A stretch of DNA of 64,000 nt. Source: the human T2T-CHM13v2.0 reference genome, Homo sapiens. Positions within the stretch are counted from its first letter, which is position 1; every line of letters starts with the position of its first letter. Location: the NCBI RefSeq assembly GCF_009914755.1, contig NC_060944.1. One strand, given 5' to 3'. Below are positions 25,679-37,556 of this stretch, in pieces. Both the position numbers and the translations under genes were made by a program. The notes below the pieces were generated by a model. That model saw nothing but the letters and a program-made list of their open reading frames with translations, ran no database searches and was not told the origin of the DNA.

Positions 25679-25871
25679 CTTCTCGGCCTGTGGGAACTGC
25701 ACCAGGGGGATGAGGGTTTCAGGTTCCGTGGCCATGCCTGCCTCGTCAACAAGGATCTGCCTCACGTCCAGGATTTTGAGGCTGGCAGAGGCTGCACAGG
25801 AGCAGGTGCAGAGGATGACCTCATGCCGGTCCAGCTCGAACTTCCGAGCCTCCCACAAGACCTTCTTGTAC
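25679..25871 (-). CDS. HELZ2: HELZ2 exon 15 (helicase 2 Walker B)
   Basis: VILCTC...ILVDEAGMATEPETLIPL; 193 nt. Confidence 0.96.
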
Positions 25872-25946
25872 CTGCCGGGGACACTGCTTGTCACCCCAGG
25901 GCCCCCATGCTGCAGGCAGCTCCACCCCCTGGCCCCTGCCACTTAC

Positions 25947-26063
25947 CAGACCAGGTCCTCCCTGGAGAAGAGCTCCCCTCTCTGCAGCCGGGTGTCAAAG
26001 GCCTTGATTTCCGACGAGTAAGGGTTGGGGGCCTGCCGGATCCGGTGGTGCAGGGTGATGCTC
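25947..26063 (-). CDS. HELZ2: HELZ2 exon 14
   Basis: SITLHHRIRQAPNPYSSEIKAFD...; 117 nt, phase consistent. Confidence 0.93.
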
Positions 26064-26197
26064 CTGGGGGACAGGACACAGTGAGCCCTGTCCACGCAGG
26101 GCCATCACGGGGGCAGAGCTCAGTGAGACCCACCTACACAGGACTGTCTGGACAGCTCGGCCCCACTCCGCCCAAGCCCCAAAGACAGCAGGCACAC

Positions 26198-26342
26198 CTG
26201 AGGCTCTGGTTCGGCCTCCCCTCCCGGGGGCTCTTCCTGAGCAGCTTCCTGCTGCCCACACGCGGCACTGGGAACTCGCTGGCCTCAGCCTGCTCACTGT
26301 ACACACGGAGGGGCTTCAGCTCCATCCTTCTCAGGAGCAGTC
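26198..26342 (-). CDS. HELZ2: HELZ2 exon 13
   Basis: GLLLRRMELKPLRVYSEQAEASEFP...; 145 nt. Confidence 0.94.
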
Positions 26343-26419
26343 CTGAGGGTAGTTGGGGGACGTGAGTCCTGCCCCGCGTGCCAGCTCCCCAAAGGCCCCC
26401 ACCGCCGACCCCGGCGCAC

Positions 26420-26581
26420 CTGCCAGGACATCCACCGACTTGTTGGAGGGGCCGCAGTACAAGATGCAGGGACCCCCCAGCCGCTTCTCCCCACGGGGGG
26501 GGCCTCCGGGCTGCACCTGCTCCTGGTTTGATTTATGAAACCAGAATACGATGTGGAGGCCCACGATCGTCTTCCCTGTAC
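26420..26581 (-). CDS. HELZ2: HELZ2 exon 12
   Basis: GTGKTIVG...ILYCGPSNKSVDVLA; 162 nt. Confidence 0.96.
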
Positions 26582-26668
26582 CTGCAGCCAGAGAATAGGA
26601 GATTGTAGCCCACCCTGTGGGTCCCTGTGGCCCAAGGCAGCCTGCGGCTCCCCCGGCGTGGGCCCTAC

Positions 26669-26800
26669 CTGGTGGGCCCTGAATGACCGTGAAAGGCTTC
26701 TCCAGAGCCTCCCTGACCGCCACGTTCTGGCTGGGGTTCAGCTTGTGGCGGCCTCCGGGGATGTTGTAGGTCTGCCGCTCCAGGAACCTGCTGGGGATCA
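26669..26800 (-). CDS. HELZ2: HELZ2 exon 11
   Basis: LNPSQNVAV...VIQGPP (Q motif; Walker A is split by the intron); 132 nt. Confidence 0.96.
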
Positions 26801-26884
26801 CTGAGAGGGGGCAGCCTCCCTGAGCACTCATGCAGGGTGGGGCTGGGGGCCAGAGGGGAAGCTGGAGGGGTGGGGCAGACCTAC

Positions 26885-26979
26885 CTCTGCAGAGGGGCTG
26901 CGGGACAGGCCGGCCCAGTGCGATGCTGGTGACCAGCGGGGACGCCTCCTCTAGTCCACGCACGGCTTCCTCCTTGCGG
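26885..26979 (-). CDS. HELZ2: HELZ2 exon 10
   Basis: RKEEAVRGLEEASPLVTSIALG; 95 nt. Confidence 0.93.
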
Positions 26980-27116
26980 CTGGGGGTGAAGGCAGACACT
27001 GGAAAACCAACAGGACTCCCAGGAAAGGGGCTGCTGCCCCACGAGCTCCCCCCTCCTGCAAGTGAGGGGCCCGGGGCGGTCCCCCAGCCCAGCCTCTGCT
27101 GGTGGAAGCCACTCAC

Positions 27117-30100
27117 AGATCAGGAAGCTGCTTGGGCAGCAGCTCAACGGTGAACAGGGTGCCCGGCCTCAGCACCTCTTCCGGAACCTTCTCCATGCCC
27201 ATGTGGTGGACGAAGAGGTGCACCCGTCTGGGAGCCTCCTGCCGGTCTGCCCGGCGCTCCTGGTCCCAGTCCTGCGTCTGCCCGTGGGCCACCCAGGTAT
27301 ACGTGCCGGGGTCAACATTCAGGCCAGGGCCGAGGCTGCTGGGCCCAGGGCGTGGGCTGGCCGTGGGAGCCGGCAGCCCCTCGAGCCGGATGCAGAGGTA
27401 GCAGCAGCTGAAGTTGATGTCGGCACAGTTCTCCTCGAGGAAGGCGGCCTCCAGGCGGAAGGCGCCCTGCAGCTGCCCCTGCGGCGTCCGTGACGCCTCC
27501 CAGGAGACACTCAGGTGCTGAAGTGTGACGGAGTCATTCTCGGCAACCGCGCCGGTGGCCGACTCCAGGGCGCAGAATGGTTCCCACACGCAGGCGTACT
27601 CATCCACGTCGCGGTACCGGTCCCTCGGGGCCCGGTACACACGGCCTGAGAAGCAGTCTCCGGGCCGCTCCACGTGCTCCAGGCAGAGGCTGAAGCCCGG
27701 TGCCACCGTCCAGAGCTGAGGGCTCGGTACCAGGAAGCCGTGCTGCAGGCTGGTGCCGAGCTGCACCTGCAGGGTGTCCCCACTGCCCAGCTCCCGGGCC
27801 ACCTCCAGGAAATGGCCACAGTGGCTCCGCTGCACCTGCACCAGCTCCCGCCGCTGGGACGCCTCGCCCTTCTCCTGGATGAGAGCAGCCGCCTCCGGCC
27901 AGCGCTGCAGCTCCACCAGCTCCAGCAGCTGCTTCCACAGGGCCGTCTCCACGGCCAGGGTGTGTGGGTCCGGCACAGTGCCAGGCAGTGGCAGGGGCGG
28001 GCTGGATCCCTGCGCTGAGTAGACACGGCGCCGCCACAGGAGCCGCAGGCCCGGCCGGCCTGCCAGGGCGTGGGGGTGCTCGGCCAGCTGCAGGGAGCCG
28101 TAGGGGACGGGGCAGGGGTCAGGCAGCGTCTCCCGGTTGCTGGGGAAGAGCAGCCGGAAGCAGCGGGAGCCCGCCTCCACGTCCACCACGAAGCCCAGCT
28201 TGTCCAGAGGCTGGGCCTTGAGCTGCACGGCCAGGTGCAGGCTGCGCGCCCGCCGCTGATAGCTCTGGGCAAGTGCGTGCTGGAGGCTGAAGGCCTGGCA
28301 GAGCCCATCGATGTCCCTGGCAGAGTAGGCGGAGCCCCCATGGCCCAGCGCCAGCAGGATCTGCCGCTGCAACACCACGTCCAGGTACCTGCGGATGGGC
28401 GAGGTGGCCCACGTGTACCAGTCCACCTGCAGCGAGTAGTGGCCGCCCTGCTGCTGGTGGCCCCGGGCGCAGCGGCCGAACGCCGAGCGCTCCAGGGCCT
28501 TGCGGAGGTCGCGGCCTGCAGGAGCCAGGAATGGGTGCATGTCGTCCGTGGTGACCAAGTCCACCATCTGTTCGTAGTCCTGGGTGCGGGCAGCAAACTG
28601 GACCTGCTTCCAGAGGGAGGCCAGGAGGTGCAGCCGCGTGTCGGGGGGACTGCCCCCGCCGCCGTGCAGGTGGTGGCCGAGGTGCAGTGACAGGGGCACC
28701 CGGTCCCCATGCTTCTCACACAGGGCCTTGAGCTGCTGGCTGCGGGGTGCTGGCTGCCACCGCAGAGGCGTGACCGTCCGCGTGCACTCGCTGCCCACCA
28801 GGAACTCAGCCACGAGCCTATTAAACTGAATCATGTACTCCTTCACCATGATGTGGGCCGCGCGGAAGCCCAGGGTGCCGTCCTCGTCCGGCTGCTCATA
28901 GAAGCAGTCGGACCGCAGGCGGTGCCGGCGCAGCAGCCGAGAGAAGTAGCACGCGGCCACGACGCAGGCGTCCACGGAGTCCAGGCGGGCCGGCAGCTCA
29001 CGGCCGGCACCCGGGTGCTGCCTGATCACCTCCTCCGCCTCCTCGTAGGACAGCTGGCGGTCAGACTGGACCACGGAGGGTGCAAAGCGCAGGCTCTTCA
29101 GCTGGCCACTGGCCTTCTCCATGGTGAGGAACAGGGAGATGGCCAGGCGGTCCCGGCCAGGCAGGAGGCTGAGGACGTCCTGGCAGAGGCTGGCCGGCAG
29201 CATGGGCACTGGCTCCCTGCCGGGGGCATAGAACGCAGCGCCCTGCCTTCGCGCCTCCACGTCCAGCACCCCGTCCCTGGGCACGAAGCTGGCCACATCA
29301 GTGATGTGCACAGCCACCTCGCACCTGGGACCCAGGTCTCGGACACTGAGGGCATCATCGAGGTTGCAGGCGCCCTGGGGGTCCACAGTGAAGGTCAAGA
29401 AGGCGCGGCAGTCCTCTCGGCGGCCGGCAACCCGGCCAAGCTCCGTGTGGTATTTCTGCAGCACCTTGGTGATGGTGGCCTGGTCCGACGGGGGCAACCT
29501 CAAGCTGTACTCCAGGCCGAGGATGCGGAGGCCCTGCTCCCAGGTGCTGGCCTCAGGCAGCACCTCCCGGACGATGCCCAGCGGGTAGTAGAAGCCTTGC
29601 CGCCACAGGACAATTTGGACCCAGAAGAGCCGGCTGTGCCGGGCCTCGGCGGTGAGCCTCTCAAGCCCCACACGCTGCAGCCGGCCCTTCCGGAGGCTGT
29701 AGATGGGGACCTGCGATGGGTCCTTCAGCTCGGCCACGAAGATCTTGGTCACGGAGCCATTGATGGGGACCATGATGCGCGGGTCCCACGTGTCCATGCG
29801 GCACACAAACGCCAGCTCGTGCCTCTTCCTCTTCAGCACGCCCAGCACGCGGCCCCGAAGCCGCCCCTCGGGCGCCTTGTCTCCCGAAAGGAGCTGCACC
29901 AGCACCTCATCCCCGGCGAAGGCCATCCCACAGTCCAGGCGGCCCCTGACCTGGATGGGGCCCGAGGAGGCATCGTCCAGCGGGATGGCTGACGCCCGCT
30001 CGAAGGTCTCTGGCACGAAAGAGCAGTGGCGGTACCGCTCGGGCTCCGCGCGCAGCAGCTTCCGTAGCGCAGCCGGGGGCAGGTTCTCGTACAGCCGGGC

Positions 30101-30828
30101 CTGCTGCAGGGACTCGGGCCTGGCGACGGTGTCCAGCAGCCCGTCCTCCCCGACGGTCACCATCACCTTCTGGCTCTCGTCCAGAAGCTCCCGTAGGATG
30201 GCGTCGTCAGCGTTGAGCTCCCCGTCCCACGGCCAGAAGTCAGCCTCTGCATCCTCAGCCTCCGTGGACTCCACGCCCGCTGCAGCAGCCGCTCCTGCCG
30301 CACAGGCCCCGGGCACCACGTCTTCCTTCACTGCGTCTCCTGCTGGTGCTGCCGCAGCCTCCGTCTGCGCTGTGGTTGCCGTGATGTCACGGGATGCTGG
30401 GCTCAGAGCCTCATCTCCCGGCTCTGCCTTCACCATGGCCGTCACCACAGCCGCCTGCTCCTCGGCCAGGTCCCCTACTGGCTCTGGGGCAGCCTCCCAG
30501 TTCCCCGCTGCCCCAGCCTGTGTGCCTCGGGGAGGCCAGCGCCGTCTCTGCGCCACACCCTGCTCGACCTGCTCCATGGACAGGCCCTCGGGGCAGACAC
30601 TGTGCCGCTCCACGCACTCACGGATGAAGCTCTCCCAGAGCTTGCCGCAGGCCCCGAAGGAGCAGAGGGCCACGGCGTCCCCCACTACCACCAGCTGGGA
30701 CTGGGCGCGGGTCAGGACGGTGTTGAGCACGCGGGCGTCGGTGAAGAACTCAGGGGCCAGTGCCCCAGGGCTGAGCAGGCTCTGGCAGGTGTGCACAGTG
30801 CTGAGCACCACGACCCGGAACTGCCGCC
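27117..30828 (-). CDS. HELZ2: HELZ2 exon 9 (3712 nt; end of helicase 1 and the RNB exoribonuclease domain)
   Basis: 1242-aa ORF containing NTVLTRAQ, TFTVDPQGACNLDDALS, AVHITDV, YTWATSPIRRYLD (RNase II/R signatures) and LxxLL motifs. Confidence 0.97.
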
Positions 30829-30974
30829 CTGCAGGGGGCACGCAGTCAGGTCAGGCTGGGTGCGCAAGACGGTGGGACCAGCCCCACCCCTGCCGATGCC
30901 AGGCTGAGGAGTGGGCCGAGCCACCCGGGGTATCCTGGGGCAGCTGGCAGCACCTGGCCCCGCTGGTCACCCAC

Positions 30975-31050
30975 CTGGCAGGATCTCAAAACTGCCGACA
31001 GACACCTGGCCTAGGTCCCGCCTCCTCAGCTCCTGCCTCAGTGCACTGAC
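30975..31050 (-). CDS. HELZ2: HELZ2 exon 8
   Basis: VSALRQELRRRDLGQVSVGSFEILP; 76 nt. Confidence 0.93.
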
Positions 31051-31068
31051 CTGAAGACGCAGCAGGGC

Positions 31069-31414
31069 CGGGGATGAGTGCTGGACGCAGTGAGGACTCG
31101 GCCACCCCCGACAAGGAGAGGGCACCCCCACCAAGCTCGGGGATGAGCACAGGACGCAGTGAGGACTGGGCCACCCCCGACAAGGAGACGGCACCCCCAC
31201 CAAGCTCGGGGATGAGCGCAGGACTCAGTGGGGACTGGGCCACCCCCGACAAGGAGAGGGCACCCCCACCAAGCTCGGGGATGAGCGCAGGACTCAGTGA
31301 GGACTGGGCCACCCCCGACAAGGAGAGGGCACCCCCACCAAGCTCGGGGATGAACGCAGGACGCAGTGAGGACTGGGCCACCCCCGACAAGGAGACGGCA
31401 CCCCCACCAAGCTC
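31069..31414. repeat. 69-bp minisatellite x5 (HELZ2 intron 7)
   Basis: cggggatga recurs every 69 bp. Confidence 0.94.
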
Positions 31415-31578
31415 CAGACACCTCAGGGGCCGAGCCCCACCTCAGCCCTGGGAGGCAAATACTGCAGCCCCCTCTTACAGATGGGGAAACTGAGGCGGGG
31501 GCTCGTCCATCAGCCGGAGAGCTCCCCCTCCCCCAGCAGGGGTGCGGTCGGGGGCTGTCCCGGGCTGGCCGGGCTCAC

Positions 31579-32362
31579 CTGGGCACCGTGGGAAACGACA
31601 CAGATGCACCTCTGCTCACGGCCGCCCCAGCAGCTGGGCCAGGTGTTGTAGGCCTCCTGCACCTTCTCGACGACCTGCGCAATCTCAGCCAGATTCAGCC
31701 AGGACGCCATGGACATGTCCCGGTCTGGGTTGCCCGCCACGTGGCAGAACATGAGCGGGTAGTGCCGGGGGTGGGGCGGAACCTTGCCCCTGGCGTGGAT
31801 GGGGTTGCCCTTGGCCACGTAGAAGTGCCGCGAGATGAAGCTGACAATGGCGTCCGTGCAGCGGTAGTTCTCGTGGAAGACCAGGCGGCTCTGCCGCGCC
31901 ACCTCGTGAGTCTCCTGCTGGTAGCACAGGAAGAGGCGGTGCAGCAGCGTGTGCTCGGCCGCCCGGGCCCTGGCCACACTGAACAGCCGGGGTGTGACCT
32001 GCATGTGGTCGCCCGCCAGCACGAGGCGGGTGCCGTGCGAGGCGTAGGCCAGCGGGGTGAGGGCCTCGCACTCCAGCATCTGGGCCGCCTCATCGATGAG
32101 AATGTGGGAGAAGAAGCCGACCGGCACCCTGAGCTCACGGGCCTGGGAGGTGGTGGTGACCACCACGCGGTGCCGCGCCAGCTCTGCCCGTGTGGGCGGG
32201 CGGAAAGCCTGGCGGTCGTCGGTCAGGCAACAGTACTGCAGCGTGACTGGGTCCGTCTGGCTCAGCGGCCGGTCCGTGTACATCACACGGAGAGGAGTGG
32301 CCTCGGGGTGGCCGCCGCTGACGTGGCTGTGGAAATACTCCCGGATGTAGATGTCGGCGGCA
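31579..32362 (-). CDS. HELZ2: HELZ2 exon 7 (helicase 1 Walker B)
   Basis: FSHILIDEAAQMLE...LAGDHMQ...ENYRC; 784 nt. Confidence 0.96.
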
Positions 32363-33092
32363 CTGCGGGAGGGGGAGGAGCTCATGGGCTTCTTGCTGGG
32401 GGCCTCAGTGCTGTCCGCTAAAGCACCTACTGTGTGCCCAGCCGAGCTGCCCCTGAGCACAGCCCTTGTCTGGCTGTCAGAAGTGAGCAGCAAACACTGG
32501 TGTCCCTCCTGTCAGGAGTCCAAGGGGCAAGAGGCCACGGAGGGCTTCAGGCAACACCTGGGCGAGCCCAGCGGCTCCTCTGACACTGCAGACACCTGCA
32601 CCTCCCTGGTCCCCAGAACCCCCAATCCAGAAATCAGCCCGGGACGTATGGCCACTGTCCCAGGCTCTTCCTCCCACTCCCCACTGGGCAGGGATGGGAA
32701 GGCCCCGGCCTGGGGAGGTGGTGGTGGCAGGAACCAGAGGAAACCACATAAACCAAAGGGGAACCTTGTGGTTAGGACAAAGATCTGTGTTTCTATAAAA
32801 ACGAAAAACAAGACTCATCCCCAGAAGTGCTGGGTGGGCCATGCTGCAGCCTTCCCCGTGACACTCTCCTTGGGCCAGGGCCCCGGCAGAGGCACCCAGC
32901 TCCTCACCTGACAGCAGACCCGGCCACCCTCGGTGCCCTGAGCTGGGCCTGATAAAGCCAAAGCCCAAAGCTGGTCGGCTACAGGGAGTGCAGAATCAGA
33001 GGACTGGAGCACATCCAGGGGGTGACCGCCTGCCCGGTGTAGACTTGGGCCGGGCGTCAGGTGAGGTGGGGGCAGGCCAGGCTCGGGCTTAC

Positions 33093-33734
33093 CTGTTGGT
33101 GTGTGTGCAGATGAGCACCTTGGTTTCAGGCCTCCGGATGACCTCCAGGGAGGCCATGGCCAGCGTGTAGGTCTTGCCGGTGCCAAAGGGGCCATAGATG
33201 AGTAGCGGGGGGACACGCCTCCCATCCCCAGGGCCCCAGCCCGCGATGAGCGCCACGGCCAGCTCCTGCTTGCGGTTGCCACGCCGCAAGGGTGGGACAG
33301 ACCAAGGTCTGGGCAGGGCGCAGGTGGGCAAGTCGGGCACCACCAGCTGCTCCTCAGGCAGTGTGTCCACTGCCTGGTGCCAGAGGCGGAAGGTCATCGG
33401 GTCAATCTGGAACTGCACCTCCAGGACCAGGCGGGCCTCAGGCTGCAGCCCCAGGGCCAAGCAGCAGCGGGCCGGAAGCAGCAGCCACAGCGCCTGCTCT
33501 GAGCTGGCCCGCCTCTCCAGCCGCACCTCGAACACCGTATTGTCGGGTGCAGGTACAGGGGCCACCAGGGCTGTGCTGACCGCCCGGCCCAGCAGGAAGC
33601 CCTGGTCTGTGTCTGGCATCAGGGAGGAGGGGACGGGGACCTCTGCGTACAGTGCTCCCGGAGGCGCGAAGAGCATGTTCAGCGCTGGCGTCTGCAATGC
33701 CGTCTTCAGGAACACCTGGCCCCGCAGGGTCAGC
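33093..33734 (-). CDS. HELZ2: HELZ2 exon 6 (helicase 1 Walker A)
   Basis: LIYGPFGTGKTYTL...VLICTHTN; 642 nt. Confidence 0.96.
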
Positions 33735-33882
33735 CTGGCAGGATGGCCTGGGTCAGCTCATGGGGCCACAGCTGCCAGCCCCGCTGCCAAGTCCACGCCC
33801 CCATCCGCTCCCGTTGCCCCAGCCGCTCCCATTGCCCCAGCTGCTCCTGCTACCCCAGCTGCTCCTGTTGCCCCCAGCTCAC

Positions 33883-34400
33883 TTGGCCACCAGCTGCTGC
33901 TGAGCCGCCTCCTCCTCATAGAGAAACTGGTGCATCCTCTGCCGATAGTTGGTTGGCGAGATGGGGCCCGAGGCCACGCTGCTGCGGTTGAACTCCAGGG
34001 CCAGGGCAGGGCCCTTGTACTTGGCCATCAGGGCCGTCTGCTCGGCCGTCCGCTCCACGCCAGGCACCACGTGGCGGTTGCCAGTGTGCCAGCGCTCCAT
34101 CTCCTCAGGGTGGCCGAGCGCCAGATTCCTGCAGGGTCCTGGGCGACGCCCCTGGCCCAGCTGCAGCCCCAGCTTTTGTAGCAGCACCGGCCGGCGGCCA
34201 AAGTCGAAGACCACCCATTGCTCAAAGGTGCCGAACGAGGCGGCCTGCACACGCACTCCCACCTGGAAGTCGGCAGTGGAGCTGGGCACACGGAAGCGCT
34301 CACCCCGTGCGTAGAGCCGGCCTGGCGGGAGGCCGGGAGCCACCAGAGAGAAGTCGGCTCCTGGCTCCTGCTTCAGCAGGGCCACGTGTAGCAGGGGCTC
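33883..34400 (-). CDS. HELZ2: HELZ2 exon 5
   Basis: EPLLHVALLKQ...GTFEQWVVFDFG...NYRQRMHQFLYEEE; 518 nt. Confidence 0.95.
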
Positions 34401-34684
34401 CTGGAGAGGAGGCCAGACGGTGAGGGGGGCCCAGGGCTCCCCCCAACCCTCCCGAGAGGCAGCCTGGCCAGCGTAGCCCAAGTGCAGGGTTCAGGTCCTG
34501 GCCCTGCCACTTCCTGGATAGAACGCAAGCAGGCCACCCGGCCTCTGCCATCCTCAGTTTCTTCCTGTGCTACATGGGGGTGGCTGAACCCTCCTGGGGC
34601 CCCTGTGGATGTCCCGTGGGGCAGTGTGGGCAGCTTGAGGCCTCACCACCCCCTCTCCAGGTGCCAGACCCTGGTGAATCCTTG

Positions 34685-34994
<310 letters not shown>

Positions 34995-35238
34995 AAATCC
35001 TTGTTTTAACCCATATACTCCATAGAATAACCCTGCCAAGGTGGGACTGTCCTGGCCCCCTGTCTCTAGGTGAGGAGACTGAGGCAGAGAGGCTAAGGGA
35101 CCTGCTGCAGGTCACGCAGGTGCTGAGCGGCAGTGCCTCGGTATTAGCTCCATGACCCAGGCTGTTGACGTCTGCCCGGGCTGAAGTCACCACTTCCCCA
35201 GGGCTCCCTCCGCCCAGTCGGAGCTGTTCTCCGCTCAC

Positions 35239-35346
35239 CTCAGAGTGGACGGCAAACGTCCAGCTGTACTGGGTCTTCCTCTCCTGGGCCTGGTACATCA
35301 GGGGCTGGTTGCAGGTGACACGCACTCCATCAAGGGTCTCTGCCAG
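35239..35346 (-). CDS. HELZ2: HELZ2 exon 4
   Basis: LAETLDGVRVTCNQPL...WTFAVHSE; 108 nt. Confidence 0.92.
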
Positions 35347-35419
35347 CTGCGTGGAAGTCTAGCCTTCAGCAAGAGGCCTGGACCCCACCCCACCCCACCC
35401 ACTCCCAGGGCCCACTTAC

Positions 35420-35603
35420 CACAAGGACCTCACTGCTGCTGCGCTGGTACTCGGCCAGCAGCCGCTCCTGGTAGGGCACCAGCCCGTCCTGCCAGGCCGC
35501 CTGCCCCCGCAGCTCCACAGCCTGCGTGCGCCGGACCCACTCCTGCAGCTCCTGTGCTGAGTGTGCCTTGGTGCAGGCGTCCCCATACTCACAGAGGTCA
35601 GGC
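35420..35603 (-). CDS. HELZ2: HELZ2 exon 3 (CCCH finger)
   Basis: PDLCEYGDACTKAHSAQELQEW; 184 nt. Confidence 0.94.
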
Positions 35604-35853
35604 CTGGGGGACAGGGAGGTCGGCAGGGCTACACAGAGGCACAGCCGCCGTGCTGAGTTCAAAGGCCGGGACCCCTCAGCCCAATACTGGCCTCTGTAGG
35701 GAGCAGGGGCTTTATTCGTCCCACCCACTCCTGTGCTCCCGGGACAAGGCCTGGCTCAAGCAGTTCCCAAACATGAACCTCCCTTATCCGGGTCCTCAGA
35801 GGCCACATGGCTTTAGCCCTCAGCAGGTGGCAGGGAGGCCCCCGTCCACTGAA

Positions 35854-37540
35854 CCTGGGAGCCTCTGGCTCTGCCTACGGTGGGCTCCTGCCCCGCTCCA
35901 AGCTCCTGGGAGCCTCTGGCTCTGCCTACGGTGGGCTCCTGCCCCGCTCCAAGCTCCTGGGAGCCTCTGGCTCTGCCTGTGGTGGGCTCCTGCCCCGCTC
36001 CAAGCTCCTGGGAACCTCTGGCTCTGCCTGTGGTGGGCTCCTGCCCCGCTCCAAGCTCCTGGGAACCTCTGGCTCTGCCTGTGGTGGGCTCCTGCCCCGC
36101 TCCAAGCTCCTGGGAGCCTCTGGCTCTGCCTACGGTGGGCTCCTGCCCCGCTCCAAGCTCCTGGGAACCTCTGGCTCTGCCTACGGTGGGCTCCTGCCCT
36201 GCTCCAAGCTCCTGGGAGCCTCTGGCTCTGCCTGTGGTGGGCTCCTGCCCTGCTCCAAGCTCCTGGGAACCTCTGGCTCTGCCTACGGTGGGCTCCTGCC
36301 CTGCTCCAAGCTCCTGGGAGCCTCTGGCTCTGCCTGTGGTGGGCTCCTGCCCCGCTCCAAGCTCCTGGGAGCCTCTGGCTCTGCCTACAGTGGGCTCCTG
36401 CCCCGCTCCAAGCTCCTGGGAACCTCTGGCTCTGCCTACGGTGGGCTCCTGCCCCGCTCCAAGCTCCTGGGAGCCTCTGGCTCTGCCTGTGGTGGGCTCC
36501 TGCCCTGCTCCAAGCTCCTGGGAACCTCTGGCTCTGCCTGTGGTGGGCTCCTGCCCTGCTCCAAGCTCCTGGGAACCTCTGGCTCTGCCTGTGGTGGGCT
36601 CCTGCCCCACTCCAAGCTCCTGGGAACCTCTGGCTCTGCCTACGGTGGGCTCCTGCCCTACTCCAAGCTCCTGGGAACCTCTGGCTCTGCCTGTGGTGGG
36701 CTCCTGCCCCGCTCCAAGCTCCTGGGAACCTCTGGCTCTGCCTACGGTGGGCTCCTGCCCTGCTCCAAGCTCCTGGGAGCCTCTGGCTCTGCCTGTGGTG
36801 GGCTCCTGCCCCACTCCAAGCTCCTGGGAACCTCTGGCTCTGCCTACGGTGGGCTCCTGCCCTACTCCAAGCTCCTGGGAACCTCTGGCTCTGCCTGTGG
36901 TGGGCTCCTGCCCCGCTCCAAGCTCCTGGGAACCTCTGGCTCTGCCTACGGTGGGCTCCTGCCCTGCTCCAAGCTCCTGGGAGCCTCTGGCTCTGCCTGT
37001 GGTGGGCTCCTGCCCCGCTCCAAGCTCCTGGGAACCTCTGGCTCTGCCTGTGGTGGGCTCCTGCCCCACTCCAAGCTCCTGGGAACCTCTGGCTCTGCCT
37101 ACGGTGGGCTCCTGCCCCGCTCCAAGCTCCTGGGAGCCTCTGGCTCTGCCTGTGGTGGGCTCCTGCCCCGCTCCCAGCTCCTGGGAGCCTCTGGCTCTGC
37201 CTGTGGTGGGCTCCTGCCCCGCTCCCAGCTCCTGGGAACCTCTGGCTCTGCCTGTGGTGGGCTCCTGCCCCACTCCAAGCTCCTGGGAACCTCTGGCTCT
37301 GCCTACGGTGGGCTCCTGCCCTACTCCAAGCTCCTGGGAACCTCTGGCTCTGCCTGTGGTGGGCTCCTGCGCTACTCCAAGCTCCTGGGAGCCTCTGGCT
37401 CTGCCTACGGTGGGCTCCTGCCCTACTCCAAGCTCCTGGGAGCCTCTGGCTCTGCCTGTGGTGGGCTCCTGCCCCACTCCAAGCTCCTGGGAACCTCTGG
37501 TTCTGCCTATGGTGGGCTCCTGCCCTACTCCAAGCTCCTG
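35854..37540. repeat. 51-bp minisatellite x~33 (HELZ2 intron 2)
   Basis: 17-aa periodicity in four overlapping ORFs. Confidence 0.97.
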
Positions 37541-37556
37541 CCTCGAGTATCCTTAC

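Noticed and set aside
28709-32421. 350-450-aa plus-strand ORFs
   Set aside because: Antisense shadows of GC3-rich HELZ2 exons.
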